Assembly: GCA_964016885.1 (NCBI GenBank)
Contig: OZ024743.1
Location: 328,848,001 to 328,912,000 of the forward strand
Direction of reading: 5' to 3'
DNA from: Eledone cirrhosa
Taxonomy: Eukaryota
DNA: 64,000 nt
Shown: one piece after another, positions 63,455 to 64,000 of the stretch
Numbering within the stretch: the first letter of the stretch is position 1
Layout: each line of letters begins with the position of its first letter
The notes under the pieces: generated by a model
Database searches by the model: none
Told to the model about the DNA's origin: nothing
Seen by the model: the letters and a program-made list of their open reading frames with translations, nothing else
Program-made: the position numbers and the translations under genes

Positions 63455-63456
63455 AA

Positions 63457-63488
<32 letters not shown>

Positions 63489-63503
63489 GCGCGCGCGCAC
63501 ACA

Positions 63504-63564
<61 letters not shown>

Positions 63565-63961
63565 TTATATACTGAACATAAATACTTCATCGTGTAAGTA
63601 ATTTTAGCCTTCCATAATTTTAATGTTTTTTCCCTATAATATTTAAACATAATTATTCACACCGGTTTATTTTTCTTCCACCGGGACTTTAAAACATGTA
63701 GGGTAAATTATTTATATCTAATTGAATCTGATGAGCTGTTAAATGCTTCAATAATAATTCTTGTATAAACTTTCGTTTTACTTCCACCAAGCGTGAATCT
63801 AATATAACTTTGTACAATTGGCTCCTGTGTTTTGTTTGTTACGCCAGCACCAACAGTTTTGCAAAAGATTTTAACATGAATGGACGTGTTATTTTTATCT
63901 AAAGACATTTTTTCCGATTCCAATACGCCCGGTCCTTCAATCTATCTTATTTCTCATTCTT

Positions 63962-63997
63962 TCTTCTGATGAAGGACTAGCGTCCGAAACGTTAAGA
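63962..63997 (+). ncRNA. Minimal hammerhead (family of 1218-1425; repeat from ~63873 runs off the window end)
   Basis: TCTT-CTGATGA-A-GGAC-TAGC-GTCC-GAAA-CG-TT-AAGA. Confidence 0.82.
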
Positions 63998-64000
63998 CTC

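Overview
AT-rich, microsatellite-dense eukaryotic DNA. The tRNA-derived SINE and the repeat landscape suggest an octopod cephalopod (inference, not confirmed). No host protein-coding gene could be supported. The window holds: (1) a Penelope-like element (PLE; RT + GIY-YIG, 9244-13038, minus) bracketed by a ~300-bp inverted pseudo-LTR; (2) five L1/Tx1-type LINE copies inserted at (TATC)n-like sites, two with intact ORF1+ORF2, one frameshifted and two 5'-truncated at the same nucleotide; (3) RTE remnants, one with coding motifs amplified into 51-bp and 39-bp minisatellites; (4) many SINEs, MITEs, a probable non-autonomous Helitron and large minisatellites. The most striking unannotated signal is a dense, sequence-diverse population of hammerhead-ribozyme (HHR) motifs. 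Many lie in short fold-back elements next to (TA)n runs, and in all eight inverted structures the HHR or its remnant faces outward. One complete type I HHR lies in a 612-bp unit with a terminal direct repeat, resembling a retrozyme/circular-RNA-derived insertion. All folding and alignment was done by eye.
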